Positions 19,873-29,403 of a stretch of DNA of 60,655 bases are shown piece by piece. The translations under genes and the position numbers were made by a program. The stretch is from Nocardioides sp. (GTDB lineage: Bacteria > Actinomycetota > Actinomycetes > Propionibacteriales > Nocardioidaceae), in assembly GCF_035429765.1 (NCBI RefSeq), contig NZ_DAOMFK010000001.1, positions 1-60,655 on the forward strand, given 5' to 3'. Positions within the stretch are counted from its first letter, which is position 1; each line of letters begins with the position of its first letter. The notes under the pieces are model-generated. The model saw only the letters and a list, made by a program, of their open reading frames with translations. It did no database searches and was not told the origin of the DNA.

Positions 19873-20628
19873 ATGGCGGCGAGGATGTCGGAGTGGCCGC
19901 GGGCGACGTGGTGGCGGACGGCCGTGCGGGTGGCTGCCGTCCTGGCGCCGTTGCTGACCTGCGCGCTGCTCTCGACGGTCCGGGACCAGGTCAGCGCGCC
20001 GACCTCGGTGCTCATCCTGGTGGTGTGGGTCGTCGCTGCCGCGGCCACCGGCGACCGGTTGGCCGGCATCCTGGCGGCTGTCTCAGCGGGGGCCTGGTAC
20101 GACTTCTTCCTCACCGAGCCCTACCTGCGGTTCACGATCTCCGACGCCGAGGACATCGAGGCGGCCCTGCTGCTCGTGCTGATCAGCATCGTGGTCACCG
20201 AGATCGCCTTGTGGGGCTACCGGCAGCAGAAGCAGGCGTACCTGCGCTCGGGCTACCTCGAGGGGGTGCTCGGCGCCGCCCGGGCCGTGGCGGAGGGGGA
20301 CATGCCTGCGCCGGCGGTGGCCGAGGTCGTGGCACGTCAGATCACCGACGTGCTCGACGCGGACAGCTGCCGCTACGTCGAGGGACCGGTGCACGACGGC
20401 CGCATCGCCGTGCTCGACCACGACGGGGTGCTGACCCGCAACGGGCATCCGGTCGACGTCGACCGGGTCGGCCTGCCGTCGGAGGAGTACGTCGCGGTCG
20501 AGGTGCGTCGGGGCACCCAGGTCGCCGGCCACTTCCTGGTCACCGCGACCTCGCACCGCACCTACCCGACCCGCGAGCAGCGCCGGATCGCCGTACTCCT
20601 GGCCGACCAGGTCGCTGCGACCGCGTGA
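19873..20628 (+). CDS. Stand-alone DUF4118 (KdpD membrane-domain) protein with GAF-like C-terminus
   Basis: 4 TM with YDFFLTEPYLRFTISD, similar to KdpD LNFYFTPPYNTWTIAE; no kinase domain. Confidence 0.8.
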   Translation: MAARMSEWPRATWWRTAVRVAAVLAPLLTCALLSTVRDQVSAPTSVLILVVWVVAAAATGDRLAGILAAVSAGAWYDFFLTEPYLRFTISDAEDIEAALLLVLISIVVTEIALWGYRQQKQAYLRSGYLEGVLGAARAVAEGDMPAPAVAEVVARQITDVLDADSCRYVEGPVHDGRIAVLDHDGVLTRNGHPVDVDRVGLPSEEYVAVEVRRGTQVAGHFLVTATSHRTYPTREQRRIAVLLADQVAATA

Positions 20629-20686
20629 TGACGCCCTCGTGCCCGCCCGGCGCGTGACCGGCGCGGCGCCCGCCTATCGTGAGCCC

Positions 20687-21214
20687 ATGCCGGGCCGCAT
20701 CGTCATGCTCCGTGCCGTCAACGTCGGGGGCGCCACGCTACCCATGGCCGACCTCCGTGAGATCGCCGAGGACCTCGGCGCCACGCAGGTCCGGACCTAC
20801 ATCGCGTCGGGCAACCTGCTGTGCCGTCCCCCGGGCGACCCGGCCGACTTCGACCGCGCGCTGGAGGCGGCGGTCCAGGTGCGCTTCGGGTTCCACCGCG
20901 AGTGCATCTCACGCACCGTCGAGGAGCTGCAGTCCGCCCTCGAGGCGCACCCGTTCGAGGTGGTGGAGCCTCGGCTCTCGCACCTCTACTTCCTCCTCGC
21001 CGAGCCCACGGAGGCGGCGGTCGACGCACTGGCCGCCCAGGACTGGGGCGGCGACGAGGTCGCGGTCATCGGCCGCGACCTGCACATCAGGTACGCCACC
21101 GGTGTCGCCGGGAGCCGGCTCACCGCACCGCGCATCGCGAAGGCGCTGGGGGTGCAGGGCACCGGTCGCAACATCGCCACCGTGCGGAAGCTGATCGAGC
21201 TCGCGAGACCCTGA
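20687..21214 (+). CDS. DUF1697 family protein
   Basis: MLRAVNVGG, MADLR, VRTYIASGN, GTGRNIATVRKL. Confidence 0.85.
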   Translation: MPGRIVMLRAVNVGGATLPMADLREIAEDLGATQVRTYIASGNLLCRPPGDPADFDRALEAAVQVRFGFHRECISRTVEELQSALEAHPFEVVEPRLSHLYFLLAEPTEAAVDALAAQDWGGDEVAVIGRDLHIRYATGVAGSRLTAPRIAKALGVQGTGRNIATVRKLIELARP

Positions 21215-21428
21215 GTCCGCGCAGGTGACGTGACGGGCTCTGCGGCCAGGAGCGCGGCACCGTCGGCCGCGAACCCGCGGATCCACATACCGGTACCGGT
21301 GGTCGTCCGCATCGGATGACGACCTCCTGCCGTCCCCGGATCGATAATGGAGTCGACGCAGCGCACCGCTGCTCAAGGGATCCACCGCACGGCGCCGGCC
21401 GGGAACGCGCCACCAAAGGGAGAAGACC

Positions 21429-24335
21429 ATGAGTGAGGCCACCCAGATGCTCCTTGTCGCCGCGTACCAGGACCCGTCAGCCGCGCAGCAGGAGTTCGAC
21501 GCGCTGGCCGGGATGGTCCAGGCCAAGGAGGTGGAGACCCAGGGCATGATCCTGGTCGCCAAGGACTCCGACGGCAAGGTCGTCGTGGCCGACACCGGCA
21601 ACCACCTGGGCCGGAAAGGGGCGGGTTGGGGTGGCGGGGTGGGGATGCTGGTCGGCATGTTCGCGCCTCCGCTGCTCGCCTCCGTGGCGGTCGGCGCGGC
21701 CGCCGGGGCGGTCGTCGGCAAGTTCGCCGGCAGCAAGGTCACCGAGGCGATCCAGGAGAAGGTCAGCGAGAACCTCACACCCGGCACCGCGGTGCTCATC
21801 GGGGTGTTTCCCGCCGAGCAGCGTGTGAGGATCGAGCAGGCACTGCCCGGGTCACCGCTGAAGTCGGTCGTGGAGTCCGACGAGAAGGGCATCGACGAGC
21901 TCAAGCGCGCCCTCGGCGAGGCCATGGGCAAGTTCAACCCCGACCGCACCGTGCTGCCGCTGGCCGACAAGGCGTTCGGAGGCGTGGCGGGGCACACGAT
22001 CGAAGAGTCGGTGGGCGACTGGAGCATCGTCGCCGGGGTCAAAGCACCCGACGAGGCACCCAACGTCCTCATCGTCCTCATCGACGACGCCGGCTTCGGC
22101 GGGCCGGACACGTTCGGTGGCGACATCCGCACCCCGAACCTCACCCGGGTGCAGCAACGAGGCATCACCTACAACCGGTTCCACGTCACGGCGGTGTGCT
22201 CGCCGACCCGTGCGGCACTGCTCACCGGTCGCAACCACCACCGCGTCGGCATGGGCGGCATCGCTGAGTTCCCCGGACCTTTCCCGGGCTACACCGGGAT
22301 GCGACCGCGGACCTGCACGGCCCTGCCGCGCATCCTGAAGGAGAACGGCTACATCACCGGCGGTTTCGGCAAGTGGCACATGACACCGGGGCACGAGATG
22401 GGCGCCGCAGGGTCGTTCGACCACTGGCCCACCGGCTGGGGCTTCGACCACTGGTGGGGCTTCCTCACCGGCGCCGCGGGCCAGTACGACCCCATCATCA
22501 CGCAGGACAACTCCACCCTCGGGGTGCCGGAAGGCGAGGACGGGAACCTCTACTACTTCCCCGACGACATCACCGACAAGACCGTGGAGTGGCTGCACGC
22601 CGTGCGCGCTCAGGACGCCGACAAGCCGTGGTTCGTCTACTACTCCACCGGAGCCACCCACGCGCCGCACCACGTGGCCAAGCAGTGGGCGGACAGGTAC
22701 AAGGGGCAGTTCGCCGACGGCTGGGACGCGTACCGGGAGCGGACCCTGGAGCGGCAGAAGCGGCTCGGCATCGTCCCCGCAGACACCGAGCTCACCGCGC
22801 GCCCGGAGGCCTACCCGGCGTGGGACAGCCTGTCGGAGTCCGAGCGCACGCTGTACGAGAGGCAGATGGAGGTGTTCGCAGGGTTCTCGGAGAACGCCGA
22901 CTGGAACGTGGGCCGTCTGCTCGATGCCGTCGAGGAGATGGGTGAGCTCGACAACACCCTGGTCATCTACATCTGGGGTGACAACGGCGCCTCGATGGAA
23001 GGCACCCTCACCGGGTCGTTCAACGAGACGACGTTCTTCAACGGCCTCGTCCTCGACGCTGACGAGCAGCTTGCGCTCATCGACAAGTACGGCGGCATCG
23101 AGGAGCTCGGTGGGTTCCACACCGCGCCTCACTTCGCGGCAGCGTGGGCACATGCCAACAACACGCCGTTCCAGTGGGGCAAGCAGATGGCCAGCCACCT
23201 GGGCGGAACCCGCGATCCCATGGTGATCTCCTGGCCGAACAGGATCGCGGCCGGCGGCGACCTGCGCACGCAGTTCACCCACTGCATCGACATCGTTCCG
23301 ACCGTTCTCGAGGTCATCGGAATCCCGGAACCTTCGGTCGTGGACGGCATCGCGCAGGAGCCGATGGACGGCACCAGCTTCGTCTACACCTTCGACGCCC
23401 CCGACGCGGCCGAGCAGCACACTGTGCAGTACTTCGAGATGTACGGCAGCCGGGCGATCTACAAGGACGGCTGGTGGGCCTGCACGAAGCTCGACAAGCT
23501 GCCGTGGGACTTCTCTCCCGCCACTCTCGCCCGGTTCGGTCCCGGAAGCGGCTGGGACCCGTCCCAAGACACCTGGGAGCTCTACTACCTGCCTGAGGAC
23601 TTCTCGCAGGCCCACAACGTGGCGGCGGAGCATCCGGAGAAGGTGACTGAGCTCGTCGAGCTGTTCTGGGCCGAGGCCGCACGGAACCGCGTGCTCCCGC
23701 TCCTCGGCGGGTTCGCAGTGTTCTTCGGCATCGTGCCTCCCATGCCGACGCAGACCCGCTTCACCTTCGCCGGCGACGTCCAGAACATCCAGACCACGAT
23801 GATCCCGCGCATCATCGGACGCTCCTACGCCATCGAAGCCGACGTGCACGTGCCCGAGGGCGGCGCCGAGGGGGTTCTCGTCGCCTTCGCCGACTTCATC
23901 GGCGGATTCTCCCTGTGGGTCGACGAGAAGGGTCTGCTCAACCACACCTACCAGTACCTGGGTGTCGAGATGTACCGGCAGACCTCGACCGAGCCGATCC
24001 CCACCGGCGACGTCACCCTCACGATGCGCTTCGACGCCGACCAGCCCAGCCCCGGAACGGGCGGACACGTCACGCTCTGGGCCGGCGACACGCAGATCGG
24101 GGAAGGCGACATCCCCCGCACCATCTCGCTCATCTTCACGACCTACGCAGGCATGGACATCGGCCGAGACAACGGCGGGGTCGTAGACCTGGACTACGAG
24201 GACAGAGCGCCCTATCCGTTCACCGGGACGGTGCGCAACGTGGTGTTCGACCTCAAGCCCGCCCCCGTCGAGGAGCAGGCCGAGCTGCACCGGGCCACGG
24301 TACAGGCCGGCATGGCCCACGGAGCCGCCGGCTGA
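21429..24335 (+). CDS. Arylsulfatase-type sulfatase with N-terminal DUF1269-like domain and C-terminal beta domain
   Basis: PNVLIVLIDD, formylglycine motif CSPTRAALLTGR, FGKWH, HAPH, GDNG; Gly-rich N-terminal GWGGGVGMLVG...GAAAGAVVG. Confidence 0.9.
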   Translation: MSEATQMLLVAAYQDPSAAQQEFDALAGMVQAKEVETQGMILVAKDSDGKVVVADTGNHLGRKGAGWGGGVGMLVGMFAPPLLASVAVGAAAGAVVGKFAGSKVTEAIQEKVSENLTPGTAVLIGVFPAEQRVRIEQALPGSPLKSVVESDEKGIDELKRALGEAMGKFNPDRTVLPLADKAFGGVAGHTIEESVGDWSIVAGVKAPDEAPNVLIVLIDDAGFGGPDTFGGDIRTPNLTRVQQRGITYNRFHVTAVCSPTRAALLTGRNHHRVGMGGIAEFPGPFPGYTGMRPRTCTALPRILKENGYITGGFGKWHMTPGHEMGAAGSFDHWPTGWGFDHWWGFLTGAAGQYDPIITQDNSTLGVPEGEDGNLYYFPDDITDKTVEWLHAVRAQDADKPWFVYYSTGATHAPHHVAKQWADRYKGQFADGWDAYRERTLERQKRLGIVPADTELTARPEAYPAWDSLSESERTLYERQMEVFAGFSENADWNVGRLLDAVEEMGELDNTLVIYIWGDNGASMEGTLTGSFNETTFFNGLVLDADEQLALIDKYGGIEELGGFHTAPHFAAAWAHANNTPFQWGKQMASHLGGTRDPMVISWPNRIAAGGDLRTQFTHCIDIVPTVLEVIGIPEPSVVDGIAQEPMDGTSFVYTFDAPDAAEQHTVQYFEMYGSRAIYKDGWWACTKLDKLPWDFSPATLARFGPGSGWDPSQDTWELYYLPEDFSQAHNVAAEHPEKVTELVELFWAEAARNRVLPLLGGFAVFFGIVPPMPTQTRFTFAGDVQNIQTTMIPRIIGRSYAIEADVHVPEGGAEGVLVAFADFIGGFSLWVDEKGLLNHTYQYLGVEMYRQTSTEPIPTGDVTLTMRFDADQPSPGTGGHVTLWAGDTQIGEGDIPRTISLIFTTYAGMDIGRDNGGVVDLDYEDRAPYPFTGTVRNVVFDLKPAPVEEQAELHRATVQAGMAHGAAG

Positions 24336-24450
24336 CCGGGTCCGATCGCTGGGACGCCTTGTCCCCCTTGCGCCGGGACGGGTGACGTGCGACGGTGCCC
24401 AGGACCCGCGGCGTGGCAGTCACGCCGCGCACGGACCGCGTGGAGAACCT

Positions 24451-25881
24451 GTGAACAGTGAGGAACCGCGCTCCGGCGCCAGGAAGATCGCCCACCTCAC
24501 TGTCGAGGAGCGTGCAGCCAGGGGCAAGGCAGCGCGGAACGAGGTCCCGCGGTCGAGCCACGGTCGCTGGGAGCCGGCCGCTGACCGGTCGGACCCCGTC
24601 GGACTGCTCGAGGAGCAGGCCGCCAGCCGAGTGCCTGAGCTCGTCCCCCTGCGCTACGGCCGGATGATGGTCTCGCCGTTCACGTTCTACCGGGGCGCGG
24701 CGCTGATCATGGCCGCCGACCTCGCAGCCACCCCTCGGTCGGGTCTGCACGCCCAGATCTGCGGTGACGCCCATCTGTCGAACTTCGGGGTGTTCGCCTC
24801 TCCGGAGAGGCGCCTGATGTTCGACATCAACGACTTCGACGAGACCCTGCCGGGGCCCTGGGAGTGGGATGTGAAGCGGCTCGCGGCGAGCTTCGAGATC
24901 GCCGGCCGCGACCGCGGGTTCGACCCCGCCGTGCGCCGGGAGATCGTGGCCGCCGGGGTCGCCGAGTATCGGGCCCGGATGTGGCAGGCCGCCGGGTCAC
25001 GCAATCTGGACGTCTGGTACGCCCATATCGACGTGGACCAGGTGTTCAAGCTGCTCAAGACGGGTGCCAGCGCCAAGCAGCGTGCCAAGGCCAAGACGAC
25101 GGTGGCCAAGGCCAGGACCCGAGACAGCATGCAGGCGTTCTCCAAGCTGACCGCCGAGGTGGACGGGCAGCGCAGGATCGTGGCAGACCCCCCGCTGATC
25201 GTCCCGATCGAGGACGTGGCGGCCGCCCACAACAGCGAGAGACCCTACGACGCCGAGCTGCGGGACCTGATCCGGTCCTACCGGCGGACCCTGGAAACCG
25301 ACCGCCGGGTACTGCTGGAGGAGTTCGAGTACGTCCACGCTGCCCAGAAGGTCGTGGGGGTCGGCAGTGTCGGGACCCGGGCCTGGATCCTGCTCCTGCT
25401 CGGCCGTGACAACCAGGATCCGCTGCTCCTCCAGGCCAAGGAGGCCCAGGAGTCGGTCTTGGAACGCTTCGTCGGCAAGAGCAAGTACACCAACCACGGC
25501 CAGCGGGTGGTCGCCGGACAGCGTCTGATGCAGGCGGCCAGCGACATCTTCCTGGGCTGGCAACGGGTGAACGGGCTCGACGGGCAGGTACGCGACTTCT
25601 ACCTGCGACAGCTGCGCGACTGGAAGGGCTCGGCCGACGTCGACTCCATGCCGGCCAACACGATGACCCTCTATGCCCGACTCTGTGGTGCGACCCTGGC
25701 CCGCGCCCACGCCCGCTCCGGCGACCGGATCGCCATCGCCTCGTACCTGGGCAGGAATGACGCGTTCGACCGGGCGATCGCCGACTTCGCCACCGCCTAC
25801 GCCGACCAGAACGAACTCGACTACCAGGCCCTGGTCGACGCGGTGAGGTCCGGCCGGCTCCAGGCCCAGACCGGGCTGTAG
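24451..25881 (+). CDS. DUF2252 family protein (kinase-like fold)
   Basis: RYGRMMVSPFTFYRG, CGDAHLSNFG, FDINDFDE, GVGSVG, QAKEA, LARAHARSGD; GTG 24451 with GGAGA RBS. Confidence 0.9.
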   Translation: MNSEEPRSGARKIAHLTVEERAARGKAARNEVPRSSHGRWEPAADRSDPVGLLEEQAASRVPELVPLRYGRMMVSPFTFYRGAALIMAADLAATPRSGLHAQICGDAHLSNFGVFASPERRLMFDINDFDETLPGPWEWDVKRLAASFEIAGRDRGFDPAVRREIVAAGVAEYRARMWQAAGSRNLDVWYAHIDVDQVFKLLKTGASAKQRAKAKTTVAKARTRDSMQAFSKLTAEVDGQRRIVADPPLIVPIEDVAAAHNSERPYDAELRDLIRSYRRTLETDRRVLLEEFEYVHAAQKVVGVGSVGTRAWILLLLGRDNQDPLLLQAKEAQESVLERFVGKSKYTNHGQRVVAGQRLMQAASDIFLGWQRVNGLDGQVRDFYLRQLRDWKGSADVDSMPANTMTLYARLCGATLARAHARSGDRIAIASYLGRNDAFDRAIADFATAYADQNELDYQALVDAVRSGRLQAQTGL

Positions 25882-25941
25882 CGACGCCGCTGGGTCAACG
25901 GCCGCCGCGTCGACCCGGGGGGCGACATCATCCCCGCCGGG

Positions 25942-26259
25942 TCAGCGCGGGTTGGCCTTGCGGGGGTCGCCTGACCGCTTGGCGGCGCGGTCCGCCGCCG
26001 TCGGCTTGTTCCGGTCCTCCCACCAGCGCCAACCGGCGGTGACCACGAGTGCGCCGACCAGAGACCCGATGACCCCACTCGGCCGCAGGTCCAAGCCGTC
26101 GCCCGACAGCAGGCTGATCAACAACCCGCCGACGAAGGAACCGACGAGCCCGGCCACGATCGCCATCGTCCAGTCGATCCGGCCGTGTCGTCGTCGAAGG
26201 ATCAGCTGGGCACCTGCGCCGACGACCATGCCGAACACGATGATCGCGAGAATCAGCAT
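25942..26259 (-). CDS. GlsB/YeaQ/YmgE (transglycosylase-associated) small membrane protein
   Basis: 3 Gly-rich TM segments, GLVGSFVGG...IGSLVGA. Confidence 0.75.
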   Translation of the reverse strand: MLILAIIVFGMVVGAGAQLILRRRHGRIDWTMAIVAGLVGSFVGGLLISLLSGDGLDLRPSGVIGSLVGALVVTAGWRWWEDRNKPTAADRAAKRSGDPRKANPR

Positions 26260-26331
26260 GACCAGAGAGTAGTCATGAGGGGTCCGGTTGTCGCGAACCC
26301 CTCTGCCTACGCGTCACTGACGGGACCTTCG

Positions 26332-26832
26332 TCAGCCGCGTGCCATCGCGTCGATGCAGACCGTGATCGCCAGGAGGAGCGGGACGTCCTGGTCCTCGGC
26401 CATCTGGACACCGTAGGAGTCGCGGACCCGGAACCACTTCTTCGACACCGTCGCGACGGTGTCGCCGTCTCGCTCGATCTCGTACTCGTGGTCAACGATG
26501 TTGCCGTGGGCCTTGAAATCCTCGCCGCCCTCGACCTCGATGATGTAGTGGTCGCGGAGGCCGATCAGACGCTTGTGCACCGTGGCCTTGCTCGCGCCGC
26601 GCTCGATGGTCATCTTGTCGCGGACGCTGAGCTTCTTCTCCTGGATCTTCGCCAGCTCCGCTCCTCTGGCGTCCTCGAGAATGAACGTGTCGCGCAGCCG
26701 CACGGCCTTGCCGTTGACCTTGAAGACCCTGTTGCCGCCGTCGTCCTCGATCCAGTAGTCGTCCCCGATCGCCATGATCTTCTCGCGCATCTGGAACTTG
26801 GGGCCCTCAAGGCCCCGGTGGCGAAGCCCCAT
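26332..26832 (-). CDS. LURP-one/scramblase-like (YxjI) protein
   Basis: MREKIMAIGDDYWIED...VNGK...RDTF...VSKKWFRVRDSYGV. Confidence 0.85.
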   Translation of the reverse strand: MGLRHRGLEGPKFQMREKIMAIGDDYWIEDDGGNRVFKVNGKAVRLRDTFILEDARGAELAKIQEKKLSVRDKMTIERGASKATVHKRLIGLRDHYIIEVEGGEDFKAHGNIVDHEYEIERDGDTVATVSKKWFRVRDSYGVQMAEDQDVPLLLAITVCIDAMARG

Positions 26833-26946
26833 CGGTTGTCCCTTCTCCTCGCGCCTGACGGCCACCCCGGTGACCCGGCGACCCACTGAGCCGAGCATAT
26901 GCCCGCGTCGTCAGCCTGCGGGACCGCGGTCCCGGACCGACCCTGC

Positions 26947-27300
26947 TCAGCCGGGCCCTGCGGCGACCAGGGTGAGCGCGGCGAGGGCCAGGGCCACCGA
27001 GGCGGCCGCGACCGTGCGGATCAGTACCGGTCCGGCCGGCACCTCCCCGGCGGCCACCCGGCGGACGGTGCGGTCGTACCGTCGCTCGACCACCACCAGC
27101 AGGCCCAGGGCGACCAGCATCCCGGCGATCCCGGGAAGGGCCGCCAGCGGGTTGCCGGCGGCGCGGTGCAGCAGCAGCGCGGAGACGCCGCCCAGGCCGA
27201 GGGCAGTGCGTTGCCAGGCCATCGTGGTCCGTTCGGCCTGCAGACCCCGGTCGACCGCCGTCTCCCTCCGGCGTCGCGGCCCCGACCAGCCGCGGCTCAT
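26947..27300 (-). CDS. DUF202 (YidG-like) membrane protein
   Basis: DRGLQAERTTMAWQRT; coupled to the upstream DUF202 gene. Confidence 0.85.
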   Translation of the reverse strand: MSRGWSGPRRRRETAVDRGLQAERTTMAWQRTALGLGGVSALLLHRAAGNPLAALPGIAGMLVALGLLVVVERRYDRTVRRVAAGEVPAGPVLIRTVAAASVALALAALTLVAAGPG

Positions 27301-27683
27301 CGGAACAGGTCCACGACGATGAGCACCAGGGCCGCGACGGCTGCCAGGGACAGGGCGTACCCGACGAGCCGGGGCACCATGGAGTGCGGCAGCTGCTCAC
27401 CGAGGCGCATCGCCCGCTCGTTCTGCTCCCAGTGCCGGTAGGAGACCGCGGACAGCAGGCCGCCGAGTGCGATGAGCAGGATGCCGAGGACGTGCCTGAT
27501 CACGGTGAGGCCGGGCACCAGCTGGATGACCGCGACCCCGGCGGCCGTCAGCGCGAGGGAGGTGCGGATCCACGCCAGGAAGGTCCGCTCGTTGGCCAGG
27601 GTGAAGCGGTAGTCGGGGGCCTCGCCGACCTGATGCAGGGGAGACCGTGGTCCCTCGGTCCCCGCGGACGGCTCCTCGATCAC
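27297..27683 (-). CDS. DUF202 (YidH-like) membrane protein
   Basis: PDYRFTLANERTFLAWIRT. Confidence 0.9.
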   Translation of the reverse strand: MIEEPSAGTEGPRSPLHQVGEAPDYRFTLANERTFLAWIRTSLALTAAGVAVIQLVPGLTVIRHVLGILLIALGGLLSAVSYRHWEQNERAMRLGEQLPHSMVPRLVGYALSLAAVAALVLIVVDLFR

Positions 27684-27709
27684 GGTGCCTCTCGACTCTG
27701 TGCTGTTCT

Positions 27710-27725
27710 ATTCGCATGGACGAAT
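27710..27725. promoter_or_regulatory. Palindromic operator-like site upstream of the molybdoenzyme operon
   Basis: ATTCG-CATGGA-CGAAT in an AT-richer divergent intergenic region. Confidence 0.35.
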
Positions 27726-27857
27726 GTAGTGTCGCGCCCCACACGACACAACCAGGTCCGGCCGAACCTGTCAGGACGGAAGGGAACGCGTGCCATGGGC
27801 GAGGACACCACGGCTGAGCCCGGCGCGGAGGCGCCGGGGAGCCGGAAGGGCTGAGCC

Positions 27858-29375
27858 GTGCGCTACGGCTTCGCGATCGACCAGCGCACCTGCATCGGCT
27901 GCCACGCCTGCACGGTGGCCTGCAAGACCGAGCACGAGGTGCCGCTGGGTCAGTTCCGAACGTGGGTGAAGTACGTCGACACCGGGAGTTTCCCGGACAC
28001 GACAAGGTCCTTCGGGGTGATGCGGTGCAACCACTGCACCGACGCTCCGTGCGTGCAGATCTGCCCGACGCAGGCGCTGTTCAAGCGCGAGGACGGCATC
28101 GTTGACTTCGACAACAGCCGCTGCATCGGCTGCAAGAGCTGTATGCAGGCCTGCCCCTACGACGCGATCTACATCGACGCCGACACCCACACCGCAGCCA
28201 AGTGCAACATGTGCGCGCACCGGGTCGACGAGGGTCTGGAGCCGGCCTGCGTGGTGGTCTGCCCGACGCACTCGATCTGGGTGGGGGACCTGGACGACCC
28301 GACCAGCGGGATCGCCCGGCTGGTGAGCACCGAACAGACGATGGTGCGGGCCCCGGAGCAGAACACCGGCCCCAACGTGTTCTACCTCGGGGCGGACCGG
28401 GCCGTGCTCGACCCGCTCGCCGCCCCCGTGGACGACACCTACCTGTGGGCCAGGCCGGACGCGCACCGGCTGGAGACCGCCGGTGACCTCCCCGGCGACC
28501 CCACGACCAACGCGCGTACCACGCTGAACACCGCGCACCCGCGACCTTGGGGGTGGCGGGTCACCACCTACCTGTGGGCCAAGGCGGTCGGGGCCGGTGC
28601 GCTCGCCGTCGCGGCGCTCGCCTGGCTGCTCGGCTACCAGCTCGGCTGGGTCGGGACCTACGGCGCACCGGCACTCGGGCTGGCCGGTGCCGCCGTCACC
28701 GGTGCGCTGCTGGTCTGGGACCTCAAGCGACCCGAGCGGTTCCTGTACATCTTCTTGAAGTCCAACTTCCGCTCCTGGCTCGTGCTCGGCGCCTACGCAC
28801 TGGTCGCCTTCTCCGGTGTGGCCGCGCTCTGGCTGGCGGCCTCCCTGCTCGAGGTCGACGGCGCCCGCGACGTTCTCGCGTGGCTGGCGATCCCGGCGGG
28901 GGCACTCACCGCCGGCTACACCGCCTTCCTCTTCGGGCAGGCCGAGGGGCGGGACCTGTGGCAGTCCCCGGTCCTCTTCTGGCACCTCCTCGTGCAGGCC
29001 GCCATGGTCGGCGGAGGCGCGCTGCTCGTGCTGGCCGGGCCGGCCGGCCTTTCCGCGGCGACCGCGGCGTTCCTGGCCCGGGTGTTCGTGGCTGCGGTCC
29101 TCCTGCATCTCCTCATGCTCGCCGTGGACCTCGGCGGCCGGCACGCCAGCCGGCAGGCCACGGTCGCCGCGCACGTGATGACCTCCGGCCGCTACGCCCG
29201 GCTGTTCTGGTGGGGAGGCGTCGCCCCGGCGGGCGCCGCGCTCGTCGTGGCGGCCTTCGGCTGGAACGGCGGCGCATCGGCCGCGCTCGTCGTCGCCGGC
29301 CTGCTGGTCCAGCCGGCGCTGCTGGCCTACGAGTCGGCGTACCTGCGCGCCGGTCAGGACGTCCCCCTGTCGTGA
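27858..29375 (+). CDS. Four-cluster 4Fe-4S ferredoxin (NrfC/PsrB-like) fused to an NrfD/PsrC-type membrane anchor
   Basis: CIGCHACTVAC, CNHCTDAPCVQICP, CIGCKSCMQACP, KCNMC...PACVVVCP; then about 8 TM helices with WGWRVTTYLW, DLKRPERF, SWLVLG, RDLW. Confidence 0.92.
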   Translation: MRYGFAIDQRTCIGCHACTVACKTEHEVPLGQFRTWVKYVDTGSFPDTTRSFGVMRCNHCTDAPCVQICPTQALFKREDGIVDFDNSRCIGCKSCMQACPYDAIYIDADTHTAAKCNMCAHRVDEGLEPACVVVCPTHSIWVGDLDDPTSGIARLVSTEQTMVRAPEQNTGPNVFYLGADRAVLDPLAAPVDDTYLWARPDAHRLETAGDLPGDPTTNARTTLNTAHPRPWGWRVTTYLWAKAVGAGALAVAALAWLLGYQLGWVGTYGAPALGLAGAAVTGALLVWDLKRPERFLYIFLKSNFRSWLVLGAYALVAFSGVAALWLAASLLEVDGARDVLAWLAIPAGALTAGYTAFLFGQAEGRDLWQSPVLFWHLLVQAAMVGGGALLVLAGPAGLSAATAAFLARVFVAAVLLHLLMLAVDLGGRHASRQATVAAHVMTSGRYARLFWWGGVAPAGAALVVAAFGWNGGASAALVVAGLLVQPALLAYESAYLRAGQDVPLS

Positions 29376-29403
29376 GCCGGTCCACCTATCCCAGGAGAGA
29401 GCG

